Below are positions 19,593 through 28,687 of a DNA stretch of 64,000 bases, in pieces. The stretch comes from Clostridiales bacterium (lineage in GTDB: Bacteria; Bacillota; Clostridia; Clostridiales; Clostridiaceae), in assembly GCA_012520205.1 (NCBI GenBank), contig JAAYOT010000160.1, forward strand, positions 14,213 to 78,212. The letters run 5' to 3'. How positions within the stretch are numbered: the first letter of the stretch is position 1; every line of letters begins with the position of its first letter. A model generated the notes under the pieces. It searched no databases, was not told the origin of the DNA, and worked only from the letters and a program-made list of their open reading frames with translations. The position numbers and the translations under genes are program-made.

Positions 19593-20102
19593 ATGATTAT
19601 AGAATTTTCAGATTTAGTTTCAGCAAAAAGTAGAAAAAAAGAAATAAATGTAACATATGAATTATCACCAATTGTTTTTGATGGGGAAAAAATTAAGAGC
19701 ACAGATGCTCTTAGTGTAATTGGAGAAATAAGATCTGTTGGGGATGTTTTAACTCTAAAAGCTTCCATAAAAACAAAATTACAATTAAATTGTTCAAGAT
19801 GCCTAGAGGCCTTTATCTATCCAATAGATATTGATATAGAAGAAAGGTATACAAATAATGAAGAACTTCAAAAAGAAGACGAAATTATTTTTGTAGATAG
19901 CAATACATTAGATATTGCAGAAGTAGTTGAAAATATAATTGTTTCAACCTTACCTATTAAGAGACTTTGCGCAGACAACTGTAACGGCCTTTGCCAAAAA
20001 TGTGGTAAAAATCTTAATGAAGGTCCTTGTCAATGTGACACAAATGATGTAGACTTAAGAATGGCAAAGTTACAAGAGTGGTTTGCTAATAAGGAGGTGT
20101 AG
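19593..20102 (+). CDS. DUF177/YceD-family protein (large-subunit ribosomal maturation accessory protein)
   Basis: ATG 19593 follows GGAG. It has C-terminal Cys motifs ([23 protein letters not shown]) and lies immediately upstream of rpmF, as yceD/ylbN does. Confidence 0.88.
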   Translation: MIIEFSDLVSAKSRKKEINVTYELSPIVFDGEKIKSTDALSVIGEIRSVGDVLTLKASIKTKLQLNCSRCLEAFIYPIDIDIEERYTNNEELQKEDEIIFVDSNTLDIAEVVENIIVSTLPIKRLCADNCNGLCQKCGKNLNEGPCQCDTNDVDLRMAKLQEWFANKEV

Positions 20103-20104
20103 TA

Positions 20105-20290
20105 ATGGGAAATCCTGCTAGAAAAACATATAGAGCAAAGAGAAATTCAAGAAGAGCTCAAACTTTTAAAGCGAGCTTACCTGGTATAGTTGAATGTCCA
20201 CAATGTCATGAAATGAAATTAGCTCACAGAGTTTGCAAAAGTTGTGGCTTCTATAATGGGAAAGAAGTAGTTGCTTCATCAGAAGAATAA
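20105..20290 (+). CDS. rpmF: 50S ribosomal protein L32
   Basis: 61 aa with the zinc ribbon CPQCHE...CKSCG. Confidence 0.95.
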   Translation: MGNPARKTYRAKRNSRRAQTFKASLPGIVECPQCHEMKLAHRVCKSCGFYNGKEVVASSEE

Positions 20291-20317
20291 AGAAAGTCTA
20301 ATGACTTTCTTTTCTTT
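20289..20317 (+). terminator. terminator/attenuator hairpin after rpmF
   Basis: AAAGAAAGTC-TAAT-GACTTTCTTT followed by TCTTT. Confidence 0.6.
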
Positions 20318-20344
20318 ATATATAAAGCAAAGGGGCGAATATAT

Positions 20345-21346
20345 ATGAAAATAGCTATTGATGGCATGGGTGGAGATAATGCACCACAAGCTGTAGTTGA
20401 AGGGGTTGTTAATGCCTTAAAAGAATACAGCGGAATCGAATATTATATAACAGGTCCTAAAGAAAAAATAGAAGAAGAACTAAAAAAATACCAATATGAT
20501 AAAGGTTTAATAAACATTATAGATGCTAGAGAAGTAATTTCCACAAATGAGCACCCTGTAATGGCATTAAAGAAAAAGAAAGATTCTAGTTTATATAAAG
20601 CACTAAAACTTGTAAAAGATAAAGAATGTGATGCTGTCATTTCAGCAGGAAGTACAGGAGCCTTTTTAGCAGGCTGTACATTACTTGTAGGAAGAATTAA
20701 AGGAATAGAAAGACCAGCTTTAGCACCAATAATGCCAGGAAAAAATGGTCATTTTATGATAATAGATGCTGGAGCTAATGTTGATTCCAAACCAAGTTAT
20801 TTAGTTCAGTTTGCCAAAATGGGGAAGGTATACTTTAAAGAAGTAATGAAGAAAGATAACCCATCAGTAGGTCTTGTAAATATTGGCGAAGAAGAAGAAA
20901 AGGGAAATGAACTAACAAAGAGCGCTTATAAACTGCTAAAGGAAGAAAGCAACCTAAACTTTGTTGGTAACATAGAGCCAAGAGAAGTTTCTCAAGGGGA
21001 TGTTGAGGTTTTAGTATGTGATGGATTTGTTGGTAATACCCTATTAAAAATGTATGAAGGTGTTGCTTTAACCTTATTAAAAATAATAAAAGACGAGATC
21101 CTATCTTCAGGTTTAGTGAGCAAGCTTGGTGCAATTTTATTAAAGCCTGTATTTAGTGCTATAAAAAAGAAATTTGATTATACTGAAGTGGGGGGAGCAC
21201 CCTTCCTAGGCGTTGATGGAATATGTATTAAAGCTCATGGAAGTTCTGATGGAAAGGCTTTTAAAAATGCTATTAATCAAACAAAGAAGTTCCATGATAA
21301 TAAAGTGTTAGAAAAAATTAAGTTAGAGCTTCAAAATAATATGTAA
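20345..21346 (+). CDS. plsX: phosphate acyltransferase PlsX
   Basis: 333 aa, [14 protein letters not shown]... SAGSTGA. Confidence 0.95.
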   Translation: MKIAIDGMGGDNAPQAVVEGVVNALKEYSGIEYYITGPKEKIEEELKKYQYDKGLINIIDAREVISTNEHPVMALKKKKDSSLYKALKLVKDKECDAVISAGSTGAFLAGCTLLVGRIKGIERPALAPIMPGKNGHFMIIDAGANVDSKPSYLVQFAKMGKVYFKEVMKKDNPSVGLVNIGEEEEKGNELTKSAYKLLKEESNLNFVGNIEPREVSQGDVEVLVCDGFVGNTLLKMYEGVALTLLKIIKDEILSSGLVSKLGAILLKPVFSAIKKKFDYTEVGGAPFLGVDGICIKAHGSSDGKAFKNAINQTKKFHDNKVLEKIKLELQNNM

Positions 21347-21422
21347 TAAATACAAATATTCATATTGACTAGATAATTAATATATAATATTATCTAAATG
21401 GAGTGTCTAGGAGGTGAATAAT

Positions 21423-21653
21423 ATGTTAGAAAAAGTTAGAGAAATAATAGCAGATAAGTTAAGTGTTAATGAAGCGGATATAACTATGGAATCTTCTTTT
21501 GTTGATGATTTAAACGCTGATTCATTAGATTTAGTAGAGCTTATGATGGCTTTAGAAGATGAATTAAATACAGAAATTCCTGATGAAGAAGCAGAAGGCT
21601 TTAAAACAGTTGGAGATGTAGTTAATTATTTAAAAAATCATGTTGAAGAATAG
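21423..21653 (+). CDS. acpP: acyl carrier protein
   Basis: ATG 21423 follows GGAGGTG. The 76-aa product carries the phosphopantetheine-attachment site [12 protein letters not shown]. Confidence 0.95.
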   Translation: MLEKVREIIADKLSVNEADITMESSFVDDLNADSLDLVELMMALEDELNTEIPDEEAEGFKTVGDVVNYLKNHVEE

Positions 21654-21655
21654 TG

Positions 21656-21680
21656 AAATCCCGCATATTTGCGGGATTTT
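21656..21680 (+). terminator. intrinsic terminator after acpP
   Basis: AAATCCCGC-ATATTT-GCGGGATTT followed by T. Confidence 0.75.
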
Positions 21681-21701
21681 ATACTAAGAATACTAAAAAT
21701 T

Positions 21702-21752
21702 AGTTTATTCTTGAATTTGCTCAGGCTATTAAAGCAAGTTGAAGAATAAACT
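21702..21752 (+). promoter_or_regulatory. long leader hairpin immediately upstream of the rnc SD (candidate RNase III autoregulatory site)
   Basis: 20 stacked pairs (one G-G mismatch, one G-U) with an 11-nt loop and no U-tract. It ends 3 nt before AAGGAG of rnc. Confidence 0.45.
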
Positions 21753-21768
21753 TCAAGGAGTGTAACTA

Positions 21769-22467
21769 ATGGGAAAATTTAATATTAAGGAAGTTGAGGA
21801 AGCTGTAGGTGTTACCTTTAATGAAAAAAGCTTATTAAAAGCAGCTTTAACACATAGCTCCTATGCTAATCAGCATAGGGATCAAGAGTATAATGAAAGA
21901 CTAGAATTTTTAGGAGATTCAGTTTTACAATTATGTATTACTGAATATTTGTTTATAAATTATAAGGATAAAAGCGAAGGAGAATTAACTAAGATTAGAA
22001 GTCTTATAGTTTGTGAAAATTCCCTTTATGAAATTGGTAAGAAGTTAGGTTTAGGATATTTCATTAGAATAAGTAGAGGAGAAGAACTAACAGGAGGCAG
22101 GGAAAGGACTTCTATAACTGCAGATGCTGTTGAAGCACTAATTGCAGCCATATACTTAGACAAGGGCATAGAATATACAAAAGATTATATAATAGGGCAT
22201 TTTAAAGAAATAATTGAAAAGGCAATTAAAAACGATATCGTTTTAGATTATAAAACCAAACTCCAAGAAGAGCTTCAAAAATCAGGGGAAGTCTCAATAG
22301 TATATGAACTACTAAAATACGAAGGACCTCCCCACAGAAGAAAATTCTACACTTCAGTAATTATAGAAAATGAAGAATTAGGTAGAGGAGAAGGTTACAG
22401 CAAAAAGGAATCTGAACAAAATGCAGCAAAAGAGGCTTTAAGAATTTTGGAGGGAAGAAATGAGTAA
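21769..22467 (+). CDS. rnc: ribonuclease III
   Basis: 232 aa with the signature ERLEFLGDSVL and a C-terminal dsRBD. Confidence 0.96.
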   Translation: MGKFNIKEVEEAVGVTFNEKSLLKAALTHSSYANQHRDQEYNERLEFLGDSVLQLCITEYLFINYKDKSEGELTKIRSLIVCENSLYEIGKKLGLGYFIRISRGEELTGGRERTSITADAVEALIAAIYLDKGIEYTKDYIIGHFKEIIEKAIKNDIVLDYKTKLQEELQKSGEVSIVYELLKYEGPPHRRKFYTSVIIENEELGRGEGYSKKESEQNAAKEALRILEGRNE

Positions 22468-23494
22468 AAGACACTATATAATTCCTATATTTATTTCTCA
22501 TGTTGGTTGCCCCCATCAATGTGTTTTTTGTAATCAAGATAGAATAGCAAGAACCTTACAAAAAGAAGTTACAGCAGAAGAAGTTGAAGATACAATAAAG
22601 GAATATTTAACAACCATTGATAAAAATAAGGCTACTGTGGAAGTTTCCTTTTTTGGAGGAACTTTTACTGCAATACCTGTAAATAAGCAAAAGGAATTAC
22701 TAAGGGTGGCTAAAGAGTATAAAGAAAAGGGATTAATTAATAAAATTAGAATGTCCACAAGGCCAGATGCAATTAATAGTTATATTTTAAATTATTTAAA
22801 AGAATATAAGGTTGATATAATTGAGCTTGGAGTTCAATCTTTAGATAATGAAATACTTAGACTTTCAGGGAGAGGACATAGTGCTGAAGATGTAGAAAAA
22901 TCATCAAAGCTAATAAAAGAATTTGGTTTTACTCTAGGCCATCAAATTATGCCGGGACTGCCTGGAGATAATTTTGAAAAGGATATAGAAACAGCAAAAA
23001 AATCAATTGAAATGAAACCGGATATATGCAGAATATATCCTTCCCTTGTAATAAAAGATACTCCTATGGAAGAAATGTATTATAGAGGCAGCTATAAACC
23101 ATATACCTTAGAGGAAGCGGTGGAAATTTCCAAGAATTTATATAAGCTTTATAAGGAAGCTAATGTAAATATAATAAGAATAGGACTTCAGCCAACAGAT
23201 ACAATAACCCTTGGTAAAGACGTAATAAGCGGACCTTTCCATCCAGCTTTTAGAGAATTAGTTGAAGGTAGCTTAATCTGTGACAAAATACAAAATTCAG
23301 TAAGTCCTGAAGAAGATATTATTATTGAAATAAATTCAAAGGATTTAAGTAAGCTTTATGCTAACAAGAAGGTTTACTTTAACAAACTTAAGGAAAATAA
23401 TAAAGGAAGTATTACTGTTAAGACTAATGATAAGATAGCTAGAGACAACATAAATATATTAGTTGTAAAAAGAATTGAAAAGTTAAGGCTATAA
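22460..23494 (+). CDS. radical SAM protein (ELP3-like catalytic domain without acetyltransferase domain), function unknown
   Basis: 344 aa with CPHQCVFCNQ (CxxxCxxC). Its start overlaps the rnc stop (ATGAGTAA). Confidence 0.85.
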   Translation: MSKRHYIIPIFISHVGCPHQCVFCNQDRIARTLQKEVTAEEVEDTIKEYLTTIDKNKATVEVSFFGGTFTAIPVNKQKELLRVAKEYKEKGLINKIRMSTRPDAINSYILNYLKEYKVDIIELGVQSLDNEILRLSGRGHSAEDVEKSSKLIKEFGFTLGHQIMPGLPGDNFEKDIETAKKSIEMKPDICRIYPSLVIKDTPMEEMYYRGSYKPYTLEEAVEISKNLYKLYKEANVNIIRIGLQPTDTITLGKDVISGPFHPAFRELVEGSLICDKIQNSVSPEEDIIIEINSKDLSKLYANKKVYFNKLKENNKGSITVKTNDKIARDNINILVVKRIEKLRL

Positions 23495-23558
23495 CATGAG
23501 GTTCTGCATTTTAAAGATTGTGAATTGATCTTTAGAGTTAAAGTGCACAGTGCACTGC

Positions 23559-23590
23559 AAAAAAGAAGATTGTTCGCAGTCTTCTTTTTT
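23559..23590 (+). terminator. intrinsic terminator after the radical SAM gene
   Basis: 14-bp stem AAAAAAGAAGATTG / CAGTCTTCTTTTTT closing a TTCG tetraloop. Its 3' arm is part of a T-run. Confidence 0.8.
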
Positions 23591-23649
23591 TGCCGATTGA
23601 TATTTTATTATCTTTAATATAAACTAAAATAGGAGTAGGAGTGATTATT

Positions 23650-23742
23650 ATGAAAAGAAAAACAAGACAGAAAATGATTAATATTATTACTATAATTTTA
23701 ATAATAATGGTTACAGCTAGTTTGCTAGTATCATTGATTTAG
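23650..23742 (+). CDS. 30-aa predicted single-pass membrane micro-protein (absent from the ORF track)
   Basis: A tandem AGGAG/GGAGTG SD lies 8 nt before ATG. The peptide MKRKTRQKMINIITIILIIMVTASLLVSLI has a basic N-terminus and a ~20-residue hydrophobic helix. Its stop is 15 nt before smc. Confidence 0.5.
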   Translation: MKRKTRQKMINIITIILIIMVTASLLVSLI

Positions 23743-23757
23743 ACGGGGAGTGTATCT

Positions 23758-26700
23758 ATGTTTTTAAAATCCATAGAGATAAGGGGTTTTAAATCCTTTG
23801 CAGATAAAACAGTATTAAATTTTAAAGAGGGAGTAACAGCTGTTGTTGGACCAAATGGAAGTGGTAAAAGTAATATATCCGATGCAGTAAGATGGGTTCT
23901 TGGAGAGCAAAGTGCAAAAACCCTAAGAGGCGGAAAGATGGAAGATATTATTTTTGCTGGAACTCAATTTAGAAAGCCTGTTGGATTGGCACAAGTATCC
24001 CTTACCTTAGATAATTCTGATAATTCCTTAGAAACAGAATACTCAGAGGTTACTGTTACAAGAAGAATTTTTAGATCTGGTGAAACAGAATATTTAATAA
24101 ATAACCAAAAATGCAGGTTAAAAGATATAAATAATTTATTTATGGATACAGGTATAGGTAAGGAAGGGTACTCTCTTATTGGACAAGGTAAGATTGAAGC
24201 CATCTTAAGTGGAAAGGCTGAAGACAGAAGATCCCTTTTAGAGGAAGCTGCTGGTATAGTTAAATATAAAACTAGAAAAGAAGAAGCAGAACGAAGATTA
24301 GCGAATACAGAAAATAATTTAGTTAGAATAAGAGATATTATACATACTTATGAAGAAAGAATTGAGCCATTAAAAGAAGAAAGAGAAAAGGCTTTAAAAT
24401 ATAAAACTTTAGCAGATGAATTAAAAATAAAAGAAGTATCCCTTTTAGTTGAAAATATTAAAAAAGTAGAAAAAGATTTAGAAGATATTGAAAAGGATAT
24501 AGATAAAAGAACAGAAGAAATAAAAGAAAAAAGAGAAGAATTAGAATTAGAAAAAAGAGAATTTATTAATCTAGAAAAATCTATAGAAGCTTTAGAAAAT
24601 AAAAATCAAAATGAAAAAGAAGAGTATTATGCTAAGAAAGATGAGTTAAACGAAAATTATAGAAATATCGAAATATTCAAAGAAAGAATATCAAACTTAG
24701 AAGGAATTATAAATAAAAATTTATTAGAAATTAATGAGCTTAAAGAATCCTTAAATTCCTTAGAAAAGGAAAAGAACACTTTACTTGAAAGCCTTCAAGA
24801 GAAAATAAAAGAACAAATGAAAAAAGAAAATGATATAAATATTATGGAAAGTAATATTAAATCCTTATCAAAAGATATTGAAGAATTTGAAAAGGAAGCT
24901 TCAGTTATAAAAGATGATGAATTTGAATTTTTAAGTAAGATTTCTGAAACTAAAAATAAAATTGCAATAATAAGTAAGGAAATTACAAATAAAGAAGATC
25001 TAAGTTTAAACTCAGAAAATTCCTTAAAAGTAATTAAGGATAATATTAAAATTAATTTAGCAACTATTGAAGGCTTAAATAGAAAAATTTCTGAATGTAA
25101 AGAAGAAAAGAAAAGTCTTGAAGAAAATATATTAAAAGACAAGAAGAAATTAAGTTCTATAATTAAAGAAAGAAGTAAAAGTGAAAATAAAATTAGGGAA
25201 ATATTAAAAAATATTAATATTTTTGAAGGAAAGCTTACTACCCTAAAGGATTTAGAAAAAAACTATGAAGGATATAATCTTTCTGTAAAAAGGCTTATGG
25301 AAAGAATACAAGAGGGTAAAATAAGTGGTTCTGAAGGCACAAAAGTTTTAGGAGAAATATTTCAAGTAGATAAAAAATATGAAACAGCAATTGAAATAGC
25401 CCTAGGAGGAGCTATTTCTAACATTATTACAAAAGATGAAGAGGTAGCAAAAAAATTAATTAACTATCTTAAAATAAATTCCCTAGGAAGAGCAACCTTC
25501 CTGCCACTAAGCATTATTAAGGGGAATAGGCTAAATATATTAAATCAAATAAGGGATGTAGAAGGTTTTCTTGGACTAGCATCTGATTTATTAATCTATG
25601 ATCCAATATATAAGGGAATCATAGATTATGCACTAGGTAAAACTATAATAGCATCAGATATGGATTCAGCCCTTAAAATATCAAAAGCATATAACCATAA
25701 AGTAAAAATTGTAACTTTAGAGGGGGAAGTAATAAGCCCAGGAGGAGCCTTAACAGGGGGAAGTATTTATAAGAAAAATAAATCAAGCATTCTTGGAAGA
25801 AAAAGAGAACTTCAAGAATTAGAAGAAAGACTAAGGCTAAATAAGAGTGAGTACACCTTTGAAGTAGAGAATTTTAATAAATTAAAGGCAGAAATAAATG
25901 AACTAGATGAAAAAATTCTTAACTACAATGATGAGCTTCATATAAAAAATATTGATATTGCTAAATTTGAAAGTGAAGAATTAGTTTTAGATAAAGAAAA
26001 ACATAAACTTAAGACTTCCTTGGAAGTAGCTGAAAATGAAATTAATTTAAACAAGGATAATTTAGAAAAATTAAAAGTAGAGCTAGAAAAAAATAAAGAA
26101 ATCTTACTTACACTTGAAAAGGATAGTTTAGCAAGTAAAAATAGAGTTTCTGAATTAGAAAAAATAATAAGGGAAAAAAGAAAGCTATATGATACAAAAA
26201 AAGAAGAAGTTGTAAAAATAAAAATAGATAAGGCATCCTTAGATGAAAGTGTATATAGTACACAAAGCGAAATAAAACGTAAAGATAAAGATGCAATAGA
26301 AAGAAAAGAAAAAATAGATAAATTAAATAGGGAAATTAAAGAACAAAAAGAAACAATAGAAAAACTACAAAGAGACATAGAAGAAAAATTAGAACTTATA
26401 GGCCTTATTAATAAAAGATTAGAAGAATTAGAAGAAGTATTTAAAAGAGATGAAATAAATAGAATAACTTTAAAGGATAAGTCAAAAATAAAGAATGAAA
26501 TTATTAATAAACTAGTAGAAGAAATTCAGCATAAAGAATCTGAGTTAAATAAGAAAGAAATTGTATTTGCTAGGTTTGAAAATGAAAAAGAAAATTGCTA
26601 TAAAAAGCTTAATGAAGAGCAGAACTTAACCCTGGCAGAAGCTTGCGAGATAGCCTTACATATTTCAAATATATCAGAGGTTAAAGAGAGTATTAAAGAT

Positions 26701-27321
26701 TTAAAAAATAAAATAGCAAATATAGGAGTTGTAAACTTAAAGGCTATATCAGAATATGAAGAAGTTTGTGAAAAGTACGAATTCATGGCAAAACAAGAAG
26801 AGGATTTAAATAAGTCCAAAGAGGAATTAATTACTGTAATAAATGAAATGACAGAAAAAATGAAGGAGCTTTTTATAGAAAACTTTAAAATAATAAACGA
26901 AAACTTTAATGAAACCTTTAGAGAATTATTTAAGGGTGGGAATGCTGAACTTATATTAGGGGAAGGAGATGAACTTTCTGCTAATATAGACATAAATGTT
27001 CAGCCCCCAGGCAAGAAACTTCAAAATATTAACCTAATGTCAGGTGGGGAAAAAGTTTTATCAGCAATAGCCCTGCTATTTTCTATTCTTAAAATGAAGC
27101 CAACACCTTTCTGTATATTAGATGAAATTGAGGCTGCTTTAGATGATGCAAATGTTATTAGATATGCTGAATTCTTAAAGAAATTCTCAGAAAATATTCA
27201 GTTTATAGTAATAACTCATAGAAAAGGAACTATGGAAGCTAGTGATATTATGTATGGTGTTACCATGGAGGAAAAGGGAATATCCAAGGTTGTATCAGTA
27301 GACTTAAACAGTAGAAATTAG
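23758..27321 (+). CDS. smc: chromosome partition protein Smc
   Basis: 1187 aa with Walker A GPNGSGKSN, long coiled coils with a central hinge, the signature LSGGEK, and Walker B ILDEIEAALD. Confidence 0.97.
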   Translation: MFLKSIEIRGFKSFADKTVLNFKEGVTAVVGPNGSGKSNISDAVRWVLGEQSAKTLRGGKMEDIIFAGTQFRKPVGLAQVSLTLDNSDNSLETEYSEVTVTRRIFRSGETEYLINNQKCRLKDINNLFMDTGIGKEGYSLIGQGKIEAILSGKAEDRRSLLEEAAGIVKYKTRKEEAERRLANTENNLVRIRDIIHTYEERIEPLKEEREKALKYKTLADELKIKEVSLLVENIKKVEKDLEDIEKDIDKRTEEIKEKREELELEKREFINLEKSIEALENKNQNEKEEYYAKKDELNENYRNIEIFKERISNLEGIINKNLLEINELKESLNSLEKEKNTLLESLQEKIKEQMKKENDINIMESNIKSLSKDIEEFEKEASVIKDDEFEFLSKISETKNKIAIISKEITNKEDLSLNSENSLKVIKDNIKINLATIEGLNRKISECKEEKKSLEENILKDKKKLSSIIKERSKSENKIREILKNINIFEGKLTTLKDLEKNYEGYNLSVKRLMERIQEGKISGSEGTKVLGEIFQVDKKYETAIEIALGGAISNIITKDEEVAKKLINYLKINSLGRATFLPLSIIKGNRLNILNQIRDVEGFLGLASDLLIYDPIYKGIIDYALGKTIIASDMDSALKISKAYNHKVKIVTLEGEVISPGGALTGGSIYKKNKSSILGRKRELQELEERLRLNKSEYTFEVENFNKLKAEINELDEKILNYNDELHIKNIDIAKFESEELVLDKEKHKLKTSLEVAENEINLNKDNLEKLKVELEKNKEILLTLEKDSLASKNRVSELEKIIREKRKLYDTKKEEVVKIKIDKASLDESVYSTQSEIKRKDKDAIERKEKIDKLNREIKEQKETIEKLQRDIEEKLELIGLINKRLEELEEVFKRDEINRITLKDKSKIKNEIINKLVEEIQHKESELNKKEIVFARFENEKENCYKKLNEEQNLTLAEACEIALHISNISEVKESIKDLKNKIANIGVVNLKAISEYEEVCEKYEFMAKQEEDLNKSKEELITVINEMTEKMKELFIENFKIINENFNETFRELFKGGNAELILGEGDELSANIDINVQPPGKKLQNINLMSGGEKVLSAIALLFSILKMKPTPFCILDEIEAALDDANVIRYAEFLKKFSENIQFIVITHRKGTMEASDIMYGVTMEEKGISKVVSVDLNSRN

Positions 27322-27331
27322 GAGGAAGAAT

Positions 27332-28246
27332 ATGTTCGGAAAATTTTTTAATAACTTAAAAACAGGATTAACAAAAACAAAAAATGCCTTAACAGATAAG
27401 ATAAATGAAACATTAAAAATTGCAATTACAATTGATGAAGACCTATATGAGGAACTAGAAGAAATTTTAGTTATGGCAGACATAGGCATGGATACAACTA
27501 TTGATATAATAGAAAGATTAAAAGATAAAATAAGAAAAGAAAAAATTAATGATCCAAATGAAGTTTATGGTGCTTTAAAAGAAGTAATAAAAGATATGCT
27601 TCTTGAAGGTGCAGAAAATCTTGATTATGAAGAAGCTAATAAAGAAGTTATGCTGGTTATAGGAGTAAATGGTGTTGGTAAAACAACTTCCATAGGAAAA
27701 TTAGCTGCAAAAAACAAAAAAGCAGGTAAAAGAGTACTTCTTGCAGCAGCAGATACCTTTAGGGCAGCTGCTATTGACCAGTTAGAAGTATGGAGTGAAA
27801 GAGCTGGCGTAGATCTTGTAAAACATGCTGAGGGCTCTGACCCAGCAGCTGTTGTTTTTGATGCTGTTTCTGCTTCAAAAGCAAGAAATATAGATTTACT
27901 TATCTGTGATACAGCAGGAAGACTTCATAATAAGAAGAATCTAATGGATGAACTTGCAAAAATAGGTAGGATATTAGATAGAGAATATAATGAAGCTAGA
28001 AAAGAAACTCTATTAGTTTTAGATGCTACTACAGGTCAAAATGCTGTAAATCAAGCAAAACAGTTTATGGAGGCTTGTCCTATAGACGGAATAATCCTTA
28101 CAAAACTTGATGGAACAGCAAAAGGTGGTGTAGTTATCTCTATTAAAAATACTTTAAATATACCAGTAAGATATATTGGAGTAGGTGAAGGTATAGATGA
28201 CTTGCAAGAATTTAATGCAGAAGAATTTGTAGAAGCCTTATTTTAA
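27332..28246 (+). CDS. ftsY: signal recognition particle receptor FtsY
   Basis: 304 aa with an NG domain (GVNGVGKTT, DTAGR, TKLDG). Confidence 0.95.
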   Translation: MFGKFFNNLKTGLTKTKNALTDKINETLKIAITIDEDLYEELEEILVMADIGMDTTIDIIERLKDKIRKEKINDPNEVYGALKEVIKDMLLEGAENLDYEEANKEVMLVIGVNGVGKTTSIGKLAAKNKKAGKRVLLAAADTFRAAAIDQLEVWSERAGVDLVKHAEGSDPAAVVFDAVSASKARNIDLLICDTAGRLHNKKNLMDELAKIGRILDREYNEARKETLLVLDATTGQNAVNQAKQFMEACPIDGIILTKLDGTAKGGVVISIKNTLNIPVRYIGVGEGIDDLQEFNAEEFVEALF

Positions 28247-28285
28247 AAAAATATAAAAAAATTTGCAGGTGTTAAGTAAAAGTAC

Positions 28286-28314
28286 TTGACACCCAAGGAT
28301 AGTTTTGTTAAAAT
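28286..28314 (+). promoter_or_regulatory. candidate sigma-A promoter for ylxM-ffh-rpsP
   Basis: TTGACA - 17 nt - TAAAAT. Confidence 0.6.
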
Positions 28315-28338
28315 CTTTTCTGTGGTAAGGTGATAGAT

Positions 28339-28668
28339 ATGGAAGATAGAGTTGAAATTTCATTACTAGTAGATCTATATGGTCCATTACTAACAGAAAA
28401 GCAGCTTAAAATTATGGAGCTTTATTATAACGAGGATTTTTCCTTGGCTGAAATTGCTGAATTGAATAACACAAGTCGTCAAGCTATCCATGATTTAATA
28501 AAAAGATGTTATAAACAACTACTATCCTATGAAAGTAAACTTAATCTACTTGAAAAAAGTATAAAAAAAGAAAAAATAATTAGTAATCTTTTAGAAGAAC
28601 TAAGAGAAAAATACTTCATTAATAATGAAGATTATAAAAAATACCAAAGTATTCTAGAAGATTTATAA
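28339..28668 (+). CDS. ylxM: UPF0122/YlxM helix-turn-helix protein (SRP-operon associated)
   Basis: About 109 aa with a sigma-70 region-4-like HTH (LSLAEIAELNNTSRQAIHDLIKR). It lies directly upstream of ffh as in B. subtilis. The alternative start GTG 28330 is possible. Confidence 0.88.
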   Translation: MEDRVEISLLVDLYGPLLTEKQLKIMELYYNEDFSLAEIAELNNTSRQAIHDLIKRCYKQLLSYESKLNLLEKSIKKEKIISNLLEELREKYFINNEDYKKYQSILEDL

Positions 28669-28687
28669 AATCATAGGAGGTTATTAA

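Noticed and set aside
24300-26900. Highly repetitive-looking AAA/GAA-rich DNA that might suggest a repeat array or CRISPR-like structure.
   Set aside because: It is the K/E-rich coiled-coil coding region of smc, in one continuous frame. It has no regularly spaced direct repeats or spacers.
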